Part shown: one piece after another, positions 23,658 to 37,552 of the stretch | How the letters are laid out: the number at the start of each line of letters is the position of its first letter | Position numbering within the stretch: the first letter of the stretch is position 1 | Assembly (NCBI GenBank): GCA_032718475.1 | Contig: JAUCBJ010000993.1 | Location: 1 to 43,974 of the forward strand | Reading direction: 5' to 3' | Source of the DNA: Nemertoderma westbladi | Lineage: Eukaryota > Animalia > Xenacoelomorpha | DNA length: 43,974 nucleotides | Notes under the pieces: model-generated | Told to the model about the DNA's origin: nothing | Database searches by the model: none | Seen by the model: only the letters and a program-made list of their open reading frames with translations | Program-made: the position numbers and the translations under genes

Positions 23658-25853
23658 TGCCCCATTTGCCCTATATGAACCGTATGCAAAGGCTCGCCGA
23701 CTACGTGTCTCGCCCCACATTAACTGGTTTAGCTGGCTATTACAGTCTCGGTTGAATAACTCTTCCCAATGCATCCTTGCTATGTTAATTAATTGGCGTG
23801 CAAGCTAAATGACTGTTAGTTACACAGTGTGTTGGCTACACAGTGTATTGTACTATGCTCTCCTCCCATTATTGTTTTATTTTGAAATTTTTGTGCCAAC
23901 ATTAATACTGTGGAGGCTATATGCTTATAAGGCTGAATATTTACTCAGCCTCAAAATGATTCTCCATAAGGCTAACATTATAGTTTGAAATATAAAAATC
24001 TGTTATAATAATAATATAATTGTTATATTTAATTAATATCGTGGTTTACATTGAACAGTGTAAATTGTTAATCGCGGTTTACATTGAAACGTCTCAACTT
24101 GTTTTATTTATTACAAAAATAAGAACGAATTTGTCTTATCACTTCTTGTGCGCGATTGTATTGAATTCATGACAACTGCTGTTATTATTATTAATCAATT
24201 GACACCTCGACTCCACTCTGAGACTCCGACTACTCTATCCGATAGAATAAAATAATCATTTCGCTAACTGCTCTCTATCTTCTATAATCACAACAGCTTT
24301 TATAATTCATTAGATGATTACAACATAATAATTATAGTTTGAAGTTGTCTAGAAAATTTCTCGTACACCACCGGGACTACCCTCACACTAATTGATTATC
24401 AGACAGAACAAAAAGCTTTTACTTGACTCGTACTGTCTCCTACGACTTGCTTCACGGGCCGCTAGGCCCGTCTCTAGTAATATACTACAGAACTGATCGG
24501 ATTTGCTGGACACTGCTGCATCAGAAGCGATCAAGCTTGTAAAACATCTTGCAACTTTTAAATCGATAGTATACAGTAGGCCAACATAAACATTTAATTT
24601 AAAATAAAGGTTTTACACTGTAATAAATGATTTAAAATTATATTTATATATTTATCATTCAATAAAATTATTAATATTCAACATTCAATCAATATATCAC
24701 CAGTATCAGTAAACACATCCAAGTTGTGGTCATTATAGATGTAGCTAAATTGAATAGCCGAAATATTATCAAATTAGTTACAATAGAATTTATACAGCAC
24801 ATAATTGACAGGAACGTGTTAATTAAGGTTGAGGCCTGAGAACAACTATCCAACCAAAACCAATACAGTAATACATCTAATTGTTACATCTAATTTGTTA
24901 AGAATTTGGTAAGTGCATTGCATGATAAGTTCCCACCCAAATATTTCTTAAAATCTATACTGCACTTGGCAAGTATTACTTAATTCCTTAACAAATAATG
25001 CAAAATGTGGTAATTGTAAAATTTTAGTAAAATTATCATGCCAGTAATTTGCCATTAGGCAGTACTTTACTAATATGATAAGATTCTCAACCCGGGCTGT
25101 TAGCGTTAGGGCCTAGCAATTTGGTCAGTAAGTCCAGTCTGCCTCCATCACCAAGCAGGTTATTAAAGGAGCAGGTTATAGAAGCGAGTTGAAAGGAACC
25201 AAAACAATAAACAAGAGTTAGGAATAATTTAATTGAGAATTAGCTGTCAGATGTATGCTACAGGAACATGGTCTAATGCTGTAATGCGCCAGGACCTAAA
25301 GCTACAAGACCAAATGCTGTAATGCTACAGGACCTACAGTATTGCGCCAGGACCTAAAGCTATGATGGGGTTAAACGCTAGTAGTACTGGAGTAGGGTAC
25401 CACCTAAAGCGCTGTATATTTCTCATTACAATAAAATTCAATTCAATATGTTTTACAGGATCTAAAGTATACCGATTTAGACCTAACGCTACATTACCAC
25501 CAGACCACTGACTAGGCCTAATTAGAAGACGTTCCATACAGGAAATATGGTTCATGGACAATACCAGGTTTCCATATTACACACACACACACGCACCGAC
25601 ATGCAAACAGACATACTGTACAAACAGACAAATTGACTTTTCAATGTTGATTAAGCATCGCCCTGGCTTGGAAAATTGATGTGTTTGCAGAATTCGACTT
25701 TGCAAAACTGTTATTATGAGTAAAACTATAATGGGTCATTTGGACCCCAACTTACCTTGGAGTTGCCTAAATAATAAAAGCAAATTTAAAAAAAGTGTTA
25801 AAAGTAAAAGTTGTGACCCGGTTACATTTGGATAGAGTATAAAAAAGTAGAAG

Positions 25854-26450
25854 TGTTAGCGGATCCAATTCGCTGCACCACCCAGGGGAAAATGGGGAAA
25901 GTCATGATTTACGAATCATGATTAGCCATCCAATATTGTTAACACAATATTGGATAGGAGGGAGAATGAGGATATATTGTCAGCAACAGAGAGATGCCAG
26001 TTCATCAGCTCATCTCTCGGAGAGGCCAATACAGGGCCAGGGAAAATTAGGGATTGGTTAATGGATATAGATCGACCAATGGAGGGACAGCATGTGTCCA
26101 ATTATAGCGCATCCACTGGTTAGCCAAACCTAGGTAGTAATGTGTCCCATGTAATATATAACCTTTACTCTGTCAATTGTGCTTTAGTTGGTAATATTGG
26201 GTGAGCAGAAGTCGAACGGTTTTCAACCATCATCATTGTCACCATCACTGCTGTTATTGTGTTACTGATTGTGCTATACTACCGGTACTTGTATACTTAT
26301 CAGAGATTAACAACATTAACACCAAACTCTTTTATTATAACTAGCCTTCGGCCTTCAGTCATCCAGCCACAGCAAGCGGACGCGGCGACGCGTATTGAAC
26401 CACGACAAACCCGTTCGGGATTCCCTCGCCAACTCGGGGATCCCGTCACA
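25854..26450 (+). mobile_element. Probable solo LTR (~597 bp)
   Basis: Starts TGTTAGCGGATCC and ends GGATCCCGTCACA (imperfect inverted termini); CCAAT boxes and TATATAA (~26155). Flanks AGAAG/AGGAT are not an exact TSD. A related 5' end occurs at 29813. Confidence 0.65.
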
Positions 26451-26751
26451 AGGATAATTCATGAAATATTGTGACCCAATCATTATATTGAATTTGTACA
26501 GTACATGTAAACTTCATTTTGGGTAAATTTGACCCAAAGGGTCCTCGGCGGGTTAACTCTATTTTTGGACTTCAGAAACTAGTACAAATTGCAGTAGAAT
26601 TTGCGAACATTTAATCAATAATTTTTAATGTAAAAAGACCAAGTGTCAATATTTCATACCAAAATCATTTTCGCTTACTAGTTGTGCAAAAATTGAACTT
26701 TATGGTGCTCTTATTCCTATAGTAGAATCGTTTACATACTTAGGTCATATC

Positions 26752-28010
26752 TTAACCCTATTACCACTGGGGTGTTTAGACCATTAGCAGCACTGGCGGG
26801 GGGTTGATTCGGCCGCCCCGCTGTATTTTTGTAATCATCCAATAAAATCCTACGAAATTTGGGCTGTAGGTGAAAAAATTATAGAAGAACATTTTCAAAT
26901 CCAAAAAAAATGTAAATTTTATAAGGTGGGTATAATAATTTTCATGAAAAATAGAAGTCCCAGGACAAAATATTATTTTTTTTGATATTCTAAAAACTGA
27001 TAGTGTGGCATTGTAGTCTAGCAGTAGTAGGTTTTTCACTACGCTGAATCGAATGTGATTATATTCCATTTCCGAAAATTGAACTGTATGGTATTTTTCG
27101 TGCACATAAGAAGTGGGCGTGGCACTTCAAATTTTGAAAAATACGATATTCGGAAAATAAACCAAAGTTGAGATTTCAACGCACATTTATAGGTTTTATG
27201 GACCGCTGAATCAATTGGAAGTATTATAGAAGCTTGAAGACTGAAGACTTAGTGCTTCGAAATTTTTGGTGCTCCAAAATTAGGGAGTGGCACTTATTCA
27301 AATTTTGAAAAAGTACCACGCCCTAATTGTGGTGTACCAATAATGACGTACTACTAAGACTTGAAGCTTCAATATTACTTTCAATCGATTCAGAGGTCCA
27401 GATAACCTATAAAAATGGGTTGAAATGGAAACCTTGTGGTATTTTCTGAATATCGTAATTATGAAAATTTGAAGTAAGCCTACTTGCCACGCCCTAATTT
27501 TGTTGCACCAAAAATGATGTACCACTAAGAATTGAGTCTTCTATATTACTTTCAATCGATTAAGCGGGCCAGAAAACCCATAAAAATGCATTGAAATCAA
27601 AACTTCGGAGTATTTAACGAATATTGCAAATTTGAAATTTTGAAGTGCCACGCCCTAATTTTAGTGCACCAGAAATGAACCTTCCCTTACATACTTATAT
27701 AGAATAGTAGAGTGCTCCATACGAATCAGAATCTATGAAAGAAGCCCCAACATAAAGATTTACTAACTCACAAATGTCCGAAAATTCGAAAATTTCAAAA
27801 AATCTCTGGGGACCAAATTTTGAGGTGGCACCCACATCGAAAAGTTGAAATCTAATTGCAACGCCGTTTTTTGCAAAAGATGCGCCATTAAATTTGACTA
27901 ATTCTCATAAAAAATTGGGCTGGTACATAATGTGGTTGCATAGATACAGCAATTAAAATCTAGGAAGGGGCCGATTCGCCACCACCCCCCCCCCCCCCCC
28001 CCCCCCCCTA
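26752..28010. mobile_element. Non-autonomous DNA transposon relic (piggyBac-like TTAA-CCC end) with internal ~170-bp units in inverted arrangement
   Basis: TTAACCCT at 26752. gggttgattcggccgcccc (~26800) mirrors ggggccgattcgccc (~27967). gggcgtggcacttcaaattttgaa unit forward at 27115-27310 and reversed twice at 27315-27670. Confidence 0.5.
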
Positions 28011-28251
28011 ATAATAATAAATACTAATAATAATAAAATTATTATTATTAGTAAATATAAAATAAGTAAGAAATTTACTTTAACTTTAATTTACTTATTT
28101 GATATGAACATGAATGCTAACTCTATCATGTGCAGGATTTTTAAATAAATTTTTTGATTTTTTATATAAATTTGACAAATTTACATTTAAATTTTTATGA
28201 ATTTTTATGCAATAATTGTAAATCTTGACTTCGTGTTTTCATATTTTCCAG

Positions 28252-28396
28252 TTTGGCTGACTACCAGGGCGCCTCTGTTACTCTAACATGGAAGGTGGAA
28301 GATGAACCAAACGAATACAAGTATCCTTCTACCCTTGGAGCTCTGAATGATAATAAAGTTTCATCTGTACGATTTATAGCCCATAAACCAAAATGA
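28252..28396 (+). CDS. Beta/gamma-crystallin gene terminal exon (Greek key 4)
   Basis: ttttccag|T TTG GCT GAC...AAA TGA; LADYQGASVTLTWKVEDEPNEYKYPSTLGALNDNKVSSVRFIAHKPK*. AATAAA at 28405-28410. Confidence 0.9.
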
Positions 28397-28724
28397 TAAA
28401 CCAAAATAAAGGCTAAGCTTAGGCTAGGCTAAAATAAGGCTTAAGCTACGAAACTATAAACAAACGTTGAAACTTATTGTATAAATTTCTTTGGTGACTA
28501 ATATAGTATATTATATTACACGAAGTCACACGACACGTTAAATACACGAAGTTTAAAGTAGGTTGTACTTTATTTTGGTTTATTTTATCAGTATTTCATT
28601 CCTGAATTAACAATATGCCTTGTTTTTAAAAGTTTTTGTCAGATATTGAAAGTTGACAGTGAAAAAGTACACTACACGAAACTGGACTGAACTGAAATGA
28701 ACTGGATTGGAAGCCCACTGGCGC

Positions 28725-29157
28725 ACTGGACCGAACCGGCAATGCAGACAAGAGAAAATAAATTTTGAATTTCATTTCACCATTTTAAATTTAGTTGCGT
28801 ATAAGATGTCGCGAAATTAAGATTACTTTCTTCACATTAAAATCTTGTGTAATACTTTTACTAGTAGGCCTAACTGTAGCAGGTTTCTGGGTTTATAGTT
28901 TGCAGTAATTTGTAATATTGTAAATTTGTATTTAGTATTACTGCAATCTATACACCGACGTGCGACTGACTGGTAGACTGGTAAAATTAGTCCACCAGCA
29001 GTGTTAGAAGAAAGTAATCTTAATTTAGCGATATTTTACACGCAACTAAATTTACGATGTATGATATGACCATATAATTTTCAATAGATATTTTACTTGT
29101 CTGCATGGACAGTTGTTTTTAGATTATCTTTCATTTGGCGGTCCAGTTCGGTCCAGA
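28725..29157. mobile_element. MITE/foldback element with long imperfect inverted repeats
   Basis: ctggaccgaac / gttcggtccag; atgcagacaagagaaaata / tattttacttgtctgcat; a 48-bp arm at 28786-28833 pairs with 29007-29054. Confidence 0.75.
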
Positions 29158-29812
29158 TTCGAAAAGAGTAATATCCTGTTGAATGGCACTGCCATTTAGC
29201 ATATGGTAATTCGACCAAAATCCTTATTTAGCTACATATTTTTTATTTCCTAACTTAGCTAAATTTAATAAAAACCTAATTAAGTAAATTATTTACAGTA
29301 TTTCAAGCTGAACTCGTGGGTGGTTATTTTTATATATTTATCAAAAAACGTATAATTAAACAAGCCATATTATCCGCTTATTCTAATATTTACATTATTA
29401 AAATATTCATTATAATATCGAACTATATTATTTGGTTATTTCTTTGAGTATTTATCTTTAAAACATATAATGGTGCACATTTGTCATCCACGCGGATTCC
29501 CATCCCCATAGAACTTATTAGAATTCATCAGTTGTAGACAAATTGAGATACAACATGTTTTCAAACATATTATTATATTTATAACATAATATATAATAAT
29601 ATTAATAATAATATATAATAATAATAATAATAATAATATACATAATATATACCTATATATTCCTATATACAGCATATACAACTATATAATCTTATTTATC
29701 TTATTATCTCAATATTTATCAAATATAATATTTATCCAAAACTGCGTAATCTTATTATCATGATATTTATCAAATATAATATTTATTCACAACTGTATAA
29801 TCTTAATATTTT

Positions 29813-29880
29813 TGTTAGCGGATCCATTCCGCTATGCATTCCAACCACAAAATGGGGGAAGCCAATTTATCACATTGCCA
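29813..29880 (+). mobile_element. Truncated LTR-like 5' end related to 25854
   Basis: tgttagcggatccattccgct...aaaatgggggaag resembles tgttagcggatccaattcgct...aaaatggggaaag. Confidence 0.5.
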
Positions 29881-29999
29881 ACTATCCTATAGGGCATACC
29901 AGTAGAAGGATGATGCAATAGAACCAGCTGGAGTTGGCAGAGGAAAGTATTATGTTATATACTGTATGCAGATATTATTATGTTATAAAGATGTATGAT

Positions 30000-30070
30000 G
30001 GATGTAATGTAATGTATGTAATGGATGTAATGGATGTAATGGATGTAATGGATGTAATGGATGTAATGAT
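30000..30070. repeat. 9-bp minisatellite (GGATGTAAT)n
   Basis: About 5 perfect copies plus degenerate flanks. Confidence 0.9.
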
Positions 30071-30448
30071 AGATGTATGTAAGATGGAGTCCTTCCAGGA
30101 CGACAGTACTGGCACTAAGCATTGGTACAACACCATTATTTTTATCATTTTCAGGGCTCCCCGACGACTATGCCATCTTGACTTCTGGAGAGAACGGCTG
30201 AAGGGTTTGGGCTGAAATTTGGCATGGAGGGTCCATAGGCATTTATAATAGCCAAGAGTTTTTTTGGGCGCGAACCGATCATGAGATCCTGGAAAAGTGC
30301 TATTTTATGTACTACATTTTGTCAATATGCATCACATTTTGACAATATTCATCCGCGGGATCATTCTACATAGTTTGTTTTTTAACAGTATCCTTGACTA
30401 CATCTAAAACAATGGCCAATCTGCATACAGTATATAACATAATACTTT

Positions 30449-32148
30449 ATTAAATAAGGGAGACAACAACGTAGCCAGTTGTGAGTGAGTTAATGAAATA
30501 TAATTAAATAAGGGAGACAACAACGTAGCCAGTTGTGAGTGAGTTAATGAAATATAATTAAATAAGGGAGACAACAACGTAGCCAGTTGTGAGTGAGTTA
30601 ATGAAATATAATTAAGGGAGACAACAACGTAGCCAGTTGTGAGTGAGTTAATGAAATATAATTAAATAAGGAGAACAACAACGTAGCCAGTTGTGAGTGA
30701 GTTAATGAAATATAATTAAATAAGGGAGACAACAACGTAGCCAGTTGTGAGTGAGTTAATGAAATATAATTAAATAAGGGAGACAACAACGTAGCCAGTT
30801 GTGAGTGAGTTAATGAAATATAATTAAATAGGGAGACAACAACGTAGCCAGTTGTGAGTGAGTTAATGAAATATAATTAAATAAGGAGGAGACAACAACG
30901 TAGCCAGTTGTGAGTGAGTTAATGAAATATAATTAAGGGAGACAACAACGTAGCCAGTTGTGAGTGAGTTAATGAAATATAATTAAATAAGGGAGACAAC
31001 AACGTAGCCAGTTGTGAGTGAGTTAATGAAATATAATTAAATAAGGAGAACAACAACGTAGCCAGTTGTGAGTGAGTTAATGAAATATAATTAAATAAGG
31101 AGACAACAACGTAGCCAGTTGTGAGTGAGTTAATGAAATATAATTAAATAAGGGAGACAACAACGTAGCCAGTTGTGAGTGAGTTAATGAAATATAATTA
31201 AATAAGGGAGACAACAACGTAGCCAGTTGTGAGTGAGTTAATGAAATATAATTAAATAAGGGAGACAACAACGTAGCCAGTTGTGAGTGAGTTAATGAAA
31301 TATAATTAAATAAGGAGAACAACAACGTAGCCAGTTGTGAGTGAGTTAATGAAATATAATTAAATAAGGGAGACAACAACGTAGCCAGTTGTGAGTGAGT
31401 TAATGAAATATAATTAAATAAGGGAGACAACAACGTAGCCAGTTGTGAGTGAGTTAATGAAATATAATTAAATAAGGGAGACAACAACGTAGCCAGTTGT
31501 GAGTGAGTTAATGAAATATAATTAAATAAGGGAGACAACAACGTAGCCAGTTGTGAGTGAGTTAATGAAATATAATTAAATAAGGGAGACAACAACGTAG
31601 CCAGTTGTGAGTGAGTTAATGAAATATAATTAAATAAGGGAGACAACAACGTAGCCAGTTGTGAGTGAGTTAATGAAATATAATTAAATAAGGGAGACAA
31701 CAACGTAGCCAGTTGTGAGTGAGTTAATGAAATATAATTAAATAAGGAGAACAACAACGTAGCCAGTTGTGAGTGAGTTAATGAAATATAATTAAATAAG
31801 GGAGACAACAACGTAGCCAGTTGTGAGTGAGTTAATGAAATATAATTAAATAAGGGAGACAACAACGTAGCCAGTTGTGAGTGAGTTAATGAAATATAAT
31901 TAAATAAGGAGAACAACAACGTAGCCAGTTGTGAGTGAGTTAATGAAATATAATTAAATAAGGAGAACAACAACGTAGCCAGTTGTGAGTGAGTTAATGA
32001 AATATAATTAAATAAGGGAGACAACAACGTAGCCAGTTGTGAGTGAGTTAATGAAATATAATTAAATAAGGAGAACAACAACGTAGCCAGTTGTGAGTGA
32101 GTTAATGAAATATAATTAAATAAGGAGAACAACAACGTAGCCAGTTGT
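30449..32148. repeat. 54-bp tandem satellite, ~31 copies
   Basis: aaataagggagacaacaacgtagccagttgtgagtgagttaatgaaatataatt, with an interspersed variant ggagaac in place of gggagac. Confidence 0.97.
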
Positions 32149-33258
32149 CTGTGAACTCTCTATGAACTCTGTGGTTGTATTAAAGAACGTTGTGTCAATG
32201 TAATAATAATGGATGGCTATGGCTAGCAAGGTAACAATGCAATGCGCCTGTACGCAGTGACTATGGTAAAGAACTCATTAGCATAATTAGATTGGATATT
32301 GCCTTGAATGGACGCCATCTTGAATGGATATGTAGAGTGAAAACACAGGAACATGACGTTGGATTGGGCTTATTTAAGTATCTCTTGAAAAAGTAAATAT
32401 ACCACGAGACTCGTCATGTTGCATTCCATAAGATGTATATATTTTGAATATAATTTTTGATAGTATAATAGGAGTTTTTGCATAAAAACTAGCTTAAAAG
32501 GCGATATTTTTTTGTAAAAAGCCGGGTTTAGCAAGATGAGTTGGTTGGGATGTCAACAAAGCTTCTGATTCGCTGTTTCTGTGGAGACAAAGGGAAAATA
32601 GCTTCAACCATTATAGATTTAACATTAAGTGAAGGGGAATAATGGTTTGTCTTTTTCACAGAATTTTCGCCTGTACATTATTTCGAAAAGTTTTGGGTTT
32701 GATCGCGCGAAAGTGACAGATTCGGAAACTAGATTGAATTTTGCATACAACTTTTTTTTTTTAGCTACTCTTGAGGATCAAGTTTTCTATGTTTATTTTG
32801 CATTTTAAATACTAACTTTCTCCCCACCATTGAACTAATGGTAGTGTTTGAACGAATGAGAGTTCTTCGTTACTAAAATGACATGATGATTACTGACTGA
32901 GCGTGGCTTAGAAACCAGTAGTGTACTCTGAAAATAATGAAAACTTTGGCGGCCTGTAACTTTGGTTGACGTGGATGAAATAGGCTGATTTTAAGTTCAT
33001 TAGAATGTGCGTAATTTTCTCTTTCTGTTCATACTAAGTACTAATTAAAACGATGAAGAATAACCTTATTTGAATTTATAGTTATAATAACATAGTTGAT
33101 ACAATGGATCAAAGGGGGCAGGGGTGTGTATGGTAAGTATTTGTTATAGGCCTATGCATTGCGGCTAAATGCCATGGTATCATTATGTAAATGCTTGTGA
33201 AATGATACTGGTATCGGTATCGGTAAATTGATATCGACATTGATTAGTGATATTGGCA

Positions 33259-35229
33259 TCGATATTGGTTATTGTAATTGGTTATTGATATTGGTTAGTG
33301 GTTATTGATATTGGTTATTGGTATCGATATTGGTTATTGATATTGGTTATTAATATTGGTTATTGGTTATTGATATTGGTTATTTATATTGGTTATTGAT
33401 ATTGATTATTGGTATCGATATTGGTTATTTATATTGGTTATTGGTATCGATATTGGTTATTTATATTGGTTATTGATATTGATTATTGGTTATTTATATT
33501 GGTTATTGGTATTGATTATTGGTTAGTGGTTATTGGTATTGGTTATTGGTATTGATTATTGGTTATTTATATTGGTTATTGGTATCGATATTGGTTATTG
33601 ATATTGGTTATTGGTTATTGATATTGATTATTGGTATCGATATTGGTTATTTATATTGGTTATTGATATTGATTATTGGTTATTTATATTGGTTATTGGT
33701 ATCGATATTGGTTATTGATATTGGTTATTGATATTGGTTATTGATATTGGTTATGGGTTATTGATATTGGTTATTGGTTATTGGTATCGATATTGGTTAT
33801 TGATATTGGTTATTGATATTGGTTATTGGTATCGATATTGGTTATTGGTATCGATATTGGTTATAGAGATTGGTTATTGATATTGATTATTGGTTATTGA
33901 TATTGGTTATTGGTATCGATATTGGTTATTGATATTGGTTATTGATATTGATTATTGGTTAGTGGTTATTGGTATTGGTTATTGGTATCGATATTGGTTA
34001 TTGATATTGGTTATTGATATTGGTTATTGATATTGGTTATTGGTTATTGATATTGGTTATTGGAATCGATATTGGTTATAGAGATGGGTTATTGATATTG
34101 ATTATTGGTTATTGATATTAGTTATTGGTATCGATATTGGTTATTGATATTGGTTATTGATATTGATTATTGGTTAGTGGTTATAGATATTGGTTATTGG
34201 TATCGATATTGGTTATTGATATTGGTTATTGATATTGGTTATTGGTTATCGATATTGGTAATTGATATTGATTATTGGTTAGTGGTTATTGATATTGGTT
34301 ATTGGTATCGATATTGGTTATTGATATTGGTTATTGATATTGGTTATTGGTTATCTATATTGGTAATTGATATTGATTATTGGTTAGTGGTTATTGATAT
34401 TGATTATTGGTATCGATATTGGTTATAGAGATTGGTTATTGATATTGGTTATTGATATTGGTTATTGGTTATTGATATTGGTTATTGGTTATTGGTATCG
34501 ATATTGGTTATTGATATTGGTTATTGATATTGGTTATTGGTATCGATATTGGTTATTGGTATCGATATTGGTTATAGAGATTGGTTATTGATATTGATTA
34601 TTGGTTATTGATATTGGTTATTGGTATCGATATTAGTTATTGATATTGGTTATTGATATTGATTATTGGTTAGTGGTTATTGGTATTGGTTATTGGTATC
34701 GATATTGGTTATTGATATTGGTTATTGATATTGGTTATTGATATTGGTTATTGGTTATTGATATTGGTTATTGGTATCGATATTGGTTATAGAGATTGGT
34801 TATTGATATTGATTATTGGTTATTGATATTAGTTATTGGCATTGATATTGGTTATTGATATTGGTTATTGATATTGTTTATTGATATTGATTATTGGTTA
34901 GTGGTTATTGATATTGGTTATTGGTATTGGTATCGATATTGGTTATTGATATTGGTTATTGATATTGATTATTGGTTATTGATATTAGTTATTGGCATTG
35001 ATATTGGTTATTGATATTGGTTATTGATATTGTTTATTGATATTGATTATTGGTTAGTGGTTATTGATATTGGTTATTGGTATTGGTATCTATATTGGTT
35101 ATTGATATTGGTTATTGATATTGGTTATTGGTTATCGATATTGGTTATTGGTATTGGTTATTGATATTGGTTATTGGTTATCGATATTGGTTATTGGTAT
35201 TGGTTATTGATATTGGTTATTGGTTATTG
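33259..35229. repeat. Complex satellite of GATATT / GGTTATT / GGTATC units (13-mer GATATTGGTTATT core)
   Basis: About 2 kb, almost C-free on the plus strand, with higher-order sub-blocks. Confidence 0.95.
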
Positions 35230-37224
35230 ACATTTTGACATGTCATTTTACCAAAATGTCACTATCAAATTGACATTTTGACCTGACATGTCATTTTGAC
35301 AAAATGTCAGTTTCAAATTGACATTTTGACATGTCATTTTGCCAAAATGTCACTTTCGAATTGATATTTTGACATGTCATTTTGCCAAAATGTCAATGTG
35401 TCAATATGTCACTTTCAAATTGATATTTTGACATGTCATTTTGCCAAAATGTCAATGTGTCAATATGTCACTTTCAAATTGACATTTTGACATGTCATTT
35501 TGCCAAAATGTCATTTTCAAGTTGACATTTTGACATGTCATTTTGCCAAAATGTCACTTTTGAATTGACATTTTGACATGTCATTTTGCCAAAATGTCAC
35601 TTTCGAATGACATTTTGACATGTCATTTTGCCAAACCGTCACTTTTGAATTGACATTTTAACATGTCATTTTGCCAAAATGTCACTTTCGAATAGACATT
35701 TTGACATGTCATTTTGCCAAAATGTCAATGTGTCAATATGTCATTTTCAAGTTGACATTTGACATTTGACATGTCATTTTGTCAAAATGTCACTTTCAAG
35801 TTGACATTTTGACATGTCATTTTGCCAAAATGTCATTTTCAAGTTGACATTTGAAATGTCATTTTGCCAAAATGTCACTTTCAAGTTGACATTTGACATG
35901 TCATTTTGCCAAAATGTCACTTTCGAATTGACATTTTGACATGTCATTTTGCCAATATGTCATTTTGTCAAAATGTCACTTTCAAATTGACATTTTGGCA
36001 TGTCATTTTGCCAAAATGTCACTTTCGAATTGACATTTTGACATGTCATTTTGCCAAAATGTCACTTTCAAATTGACATTTTGACATGTGATTTTGCCAA
36101 AATGTCACTTTCGAATTGGCATTTTGACATGTCATTTTGCCAAAATGTCACTTTCGAATTGGCATTTTGACATGTCATTTTGCCAAAATGTCACTTTCGA
36201 ATTGGCATTTTGACATGTCATTTTGCCAAAATGTCACTTTCGAATTGGCATTTTGACATGTCATTTTGCCAAAATGTCACTTTCAATTGACATTTTCATG
36301 TCATTTTGACAAAATGTCACTTTCAAATTGACATTTTGACATGTCATTTTGCCAAAATGTCACTTTCGAATTGACATTTTGACATGTCATTTTGCCAAAA
36401 TGTCAATGTGTCAATATGTCACTTTCAAATTGACATTTTGACATGTTATTTTGCCAAAATGTCACTTTCAAATTGACATTTTGACATGTCATTTTGCCAA
36501 AATGTCACTCTCAAATTGACATTTTGACATGTCATTTTGGCAAAATGTCATTTTCGAATTGACATTTTGACATGTCATTTTGCCAAAATGTCACTTTCAA
36601 ATTGACATTTGACATGTCACTTTGCCAAAATGTCACTTTCGAATTTACATTTTGACATGTCATTTTGCCAATATGTCATTTTCAAGTCGACATTTGACAT
36701 GTCAATTTGTCAAAATGTCACTTCAAATTGACATTTTGACATGTCATTTTGCCAAAATGTCACTTCAAATTGACATTTTGACATGTCATTTTGCCAAAAT
36801 GTCACTTTCAAATTGACATTTTGACATGTCATTTTGCCAAAATGTCGCTTTCGAATTGACATTTTGACATGTCATTTTGCCAAAATGTAATTTTGCCAAA
36901 ATGTCAATGTGTCAATATGTAACTTTCAAATTGACACTTTGACATGTCATTTTGCCAAAATTCCACTTCAAATTGACATTTTGACATGTCATTTTGCCAA
37001 AATGTCAATGTGTCAATATGTCACTTTCAAATTGACATTTTGACATGTCATTTTGCCAAAATGTCACTTTCGAATTGACATTTTGACATGTGATTTTGCC
37101 AAAATGTCACTTTCAAATTGACATTTTGACATGTCATTTTGCCAAAATGTCACTTTCGAATTGACATTTTGACATGTCATTTTGCCAAAAAGTCACTTTC
37201 AAATTAACATTTTGACATGTCATT
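35227..37224. repeat. 43-bp palindrome-rich satellite
   Basis: tgacattttgacatgtcattttgccaaaatgtcactttcaaat, about 45 copies, some carrying a tgtcaatgtgtcaata insertion. Confidence 0.96.
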
Positions 37225-37552
37225 TAGTGTTAAATTAACCGCAGATTCCAAATACAGTTACCGTTTTTACATATGATTGGTAGTTCTCGCGATATTGGCG
37301 TTCAAACACAACGTTTTTTGATATTTTACGAAATTTAAGGTATTTTTTATTGAAAAAGCAGACATAACTATTCCCAGTCCGTTTCTGTAACATTAAGAGA
37401 AAAGTTAACTTGTGATACTTCTTTTAGTGTTAAATTAACAGCAGATTCCAAATACAGTAACCGTTTTTACATAAGATTTGTAGTTCTCGCGATATTTGGG
37501 TTCAAAAACAACGTTTTTTGATATTTTACGAGATTTAAGGTATTTTTTATTT
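37223..37552. repeat. ~130-bp direct repeat at ~200-bp spacing
   Basis: ttagtgttaaattaac.gcagattccaaatacagt...aaggtattttttatt at ~37224 and ~37424; also present in copy 2 (43427-43756). Confidence 0.85.

Noticed and set aside
30449-32148. CRISPR-like array or 352-aa repeat protein
   Set aside because: Units are contiguous with no unique spacers and no cas genes; the ORF is just the 54-bp unit read in a stop-free frame.
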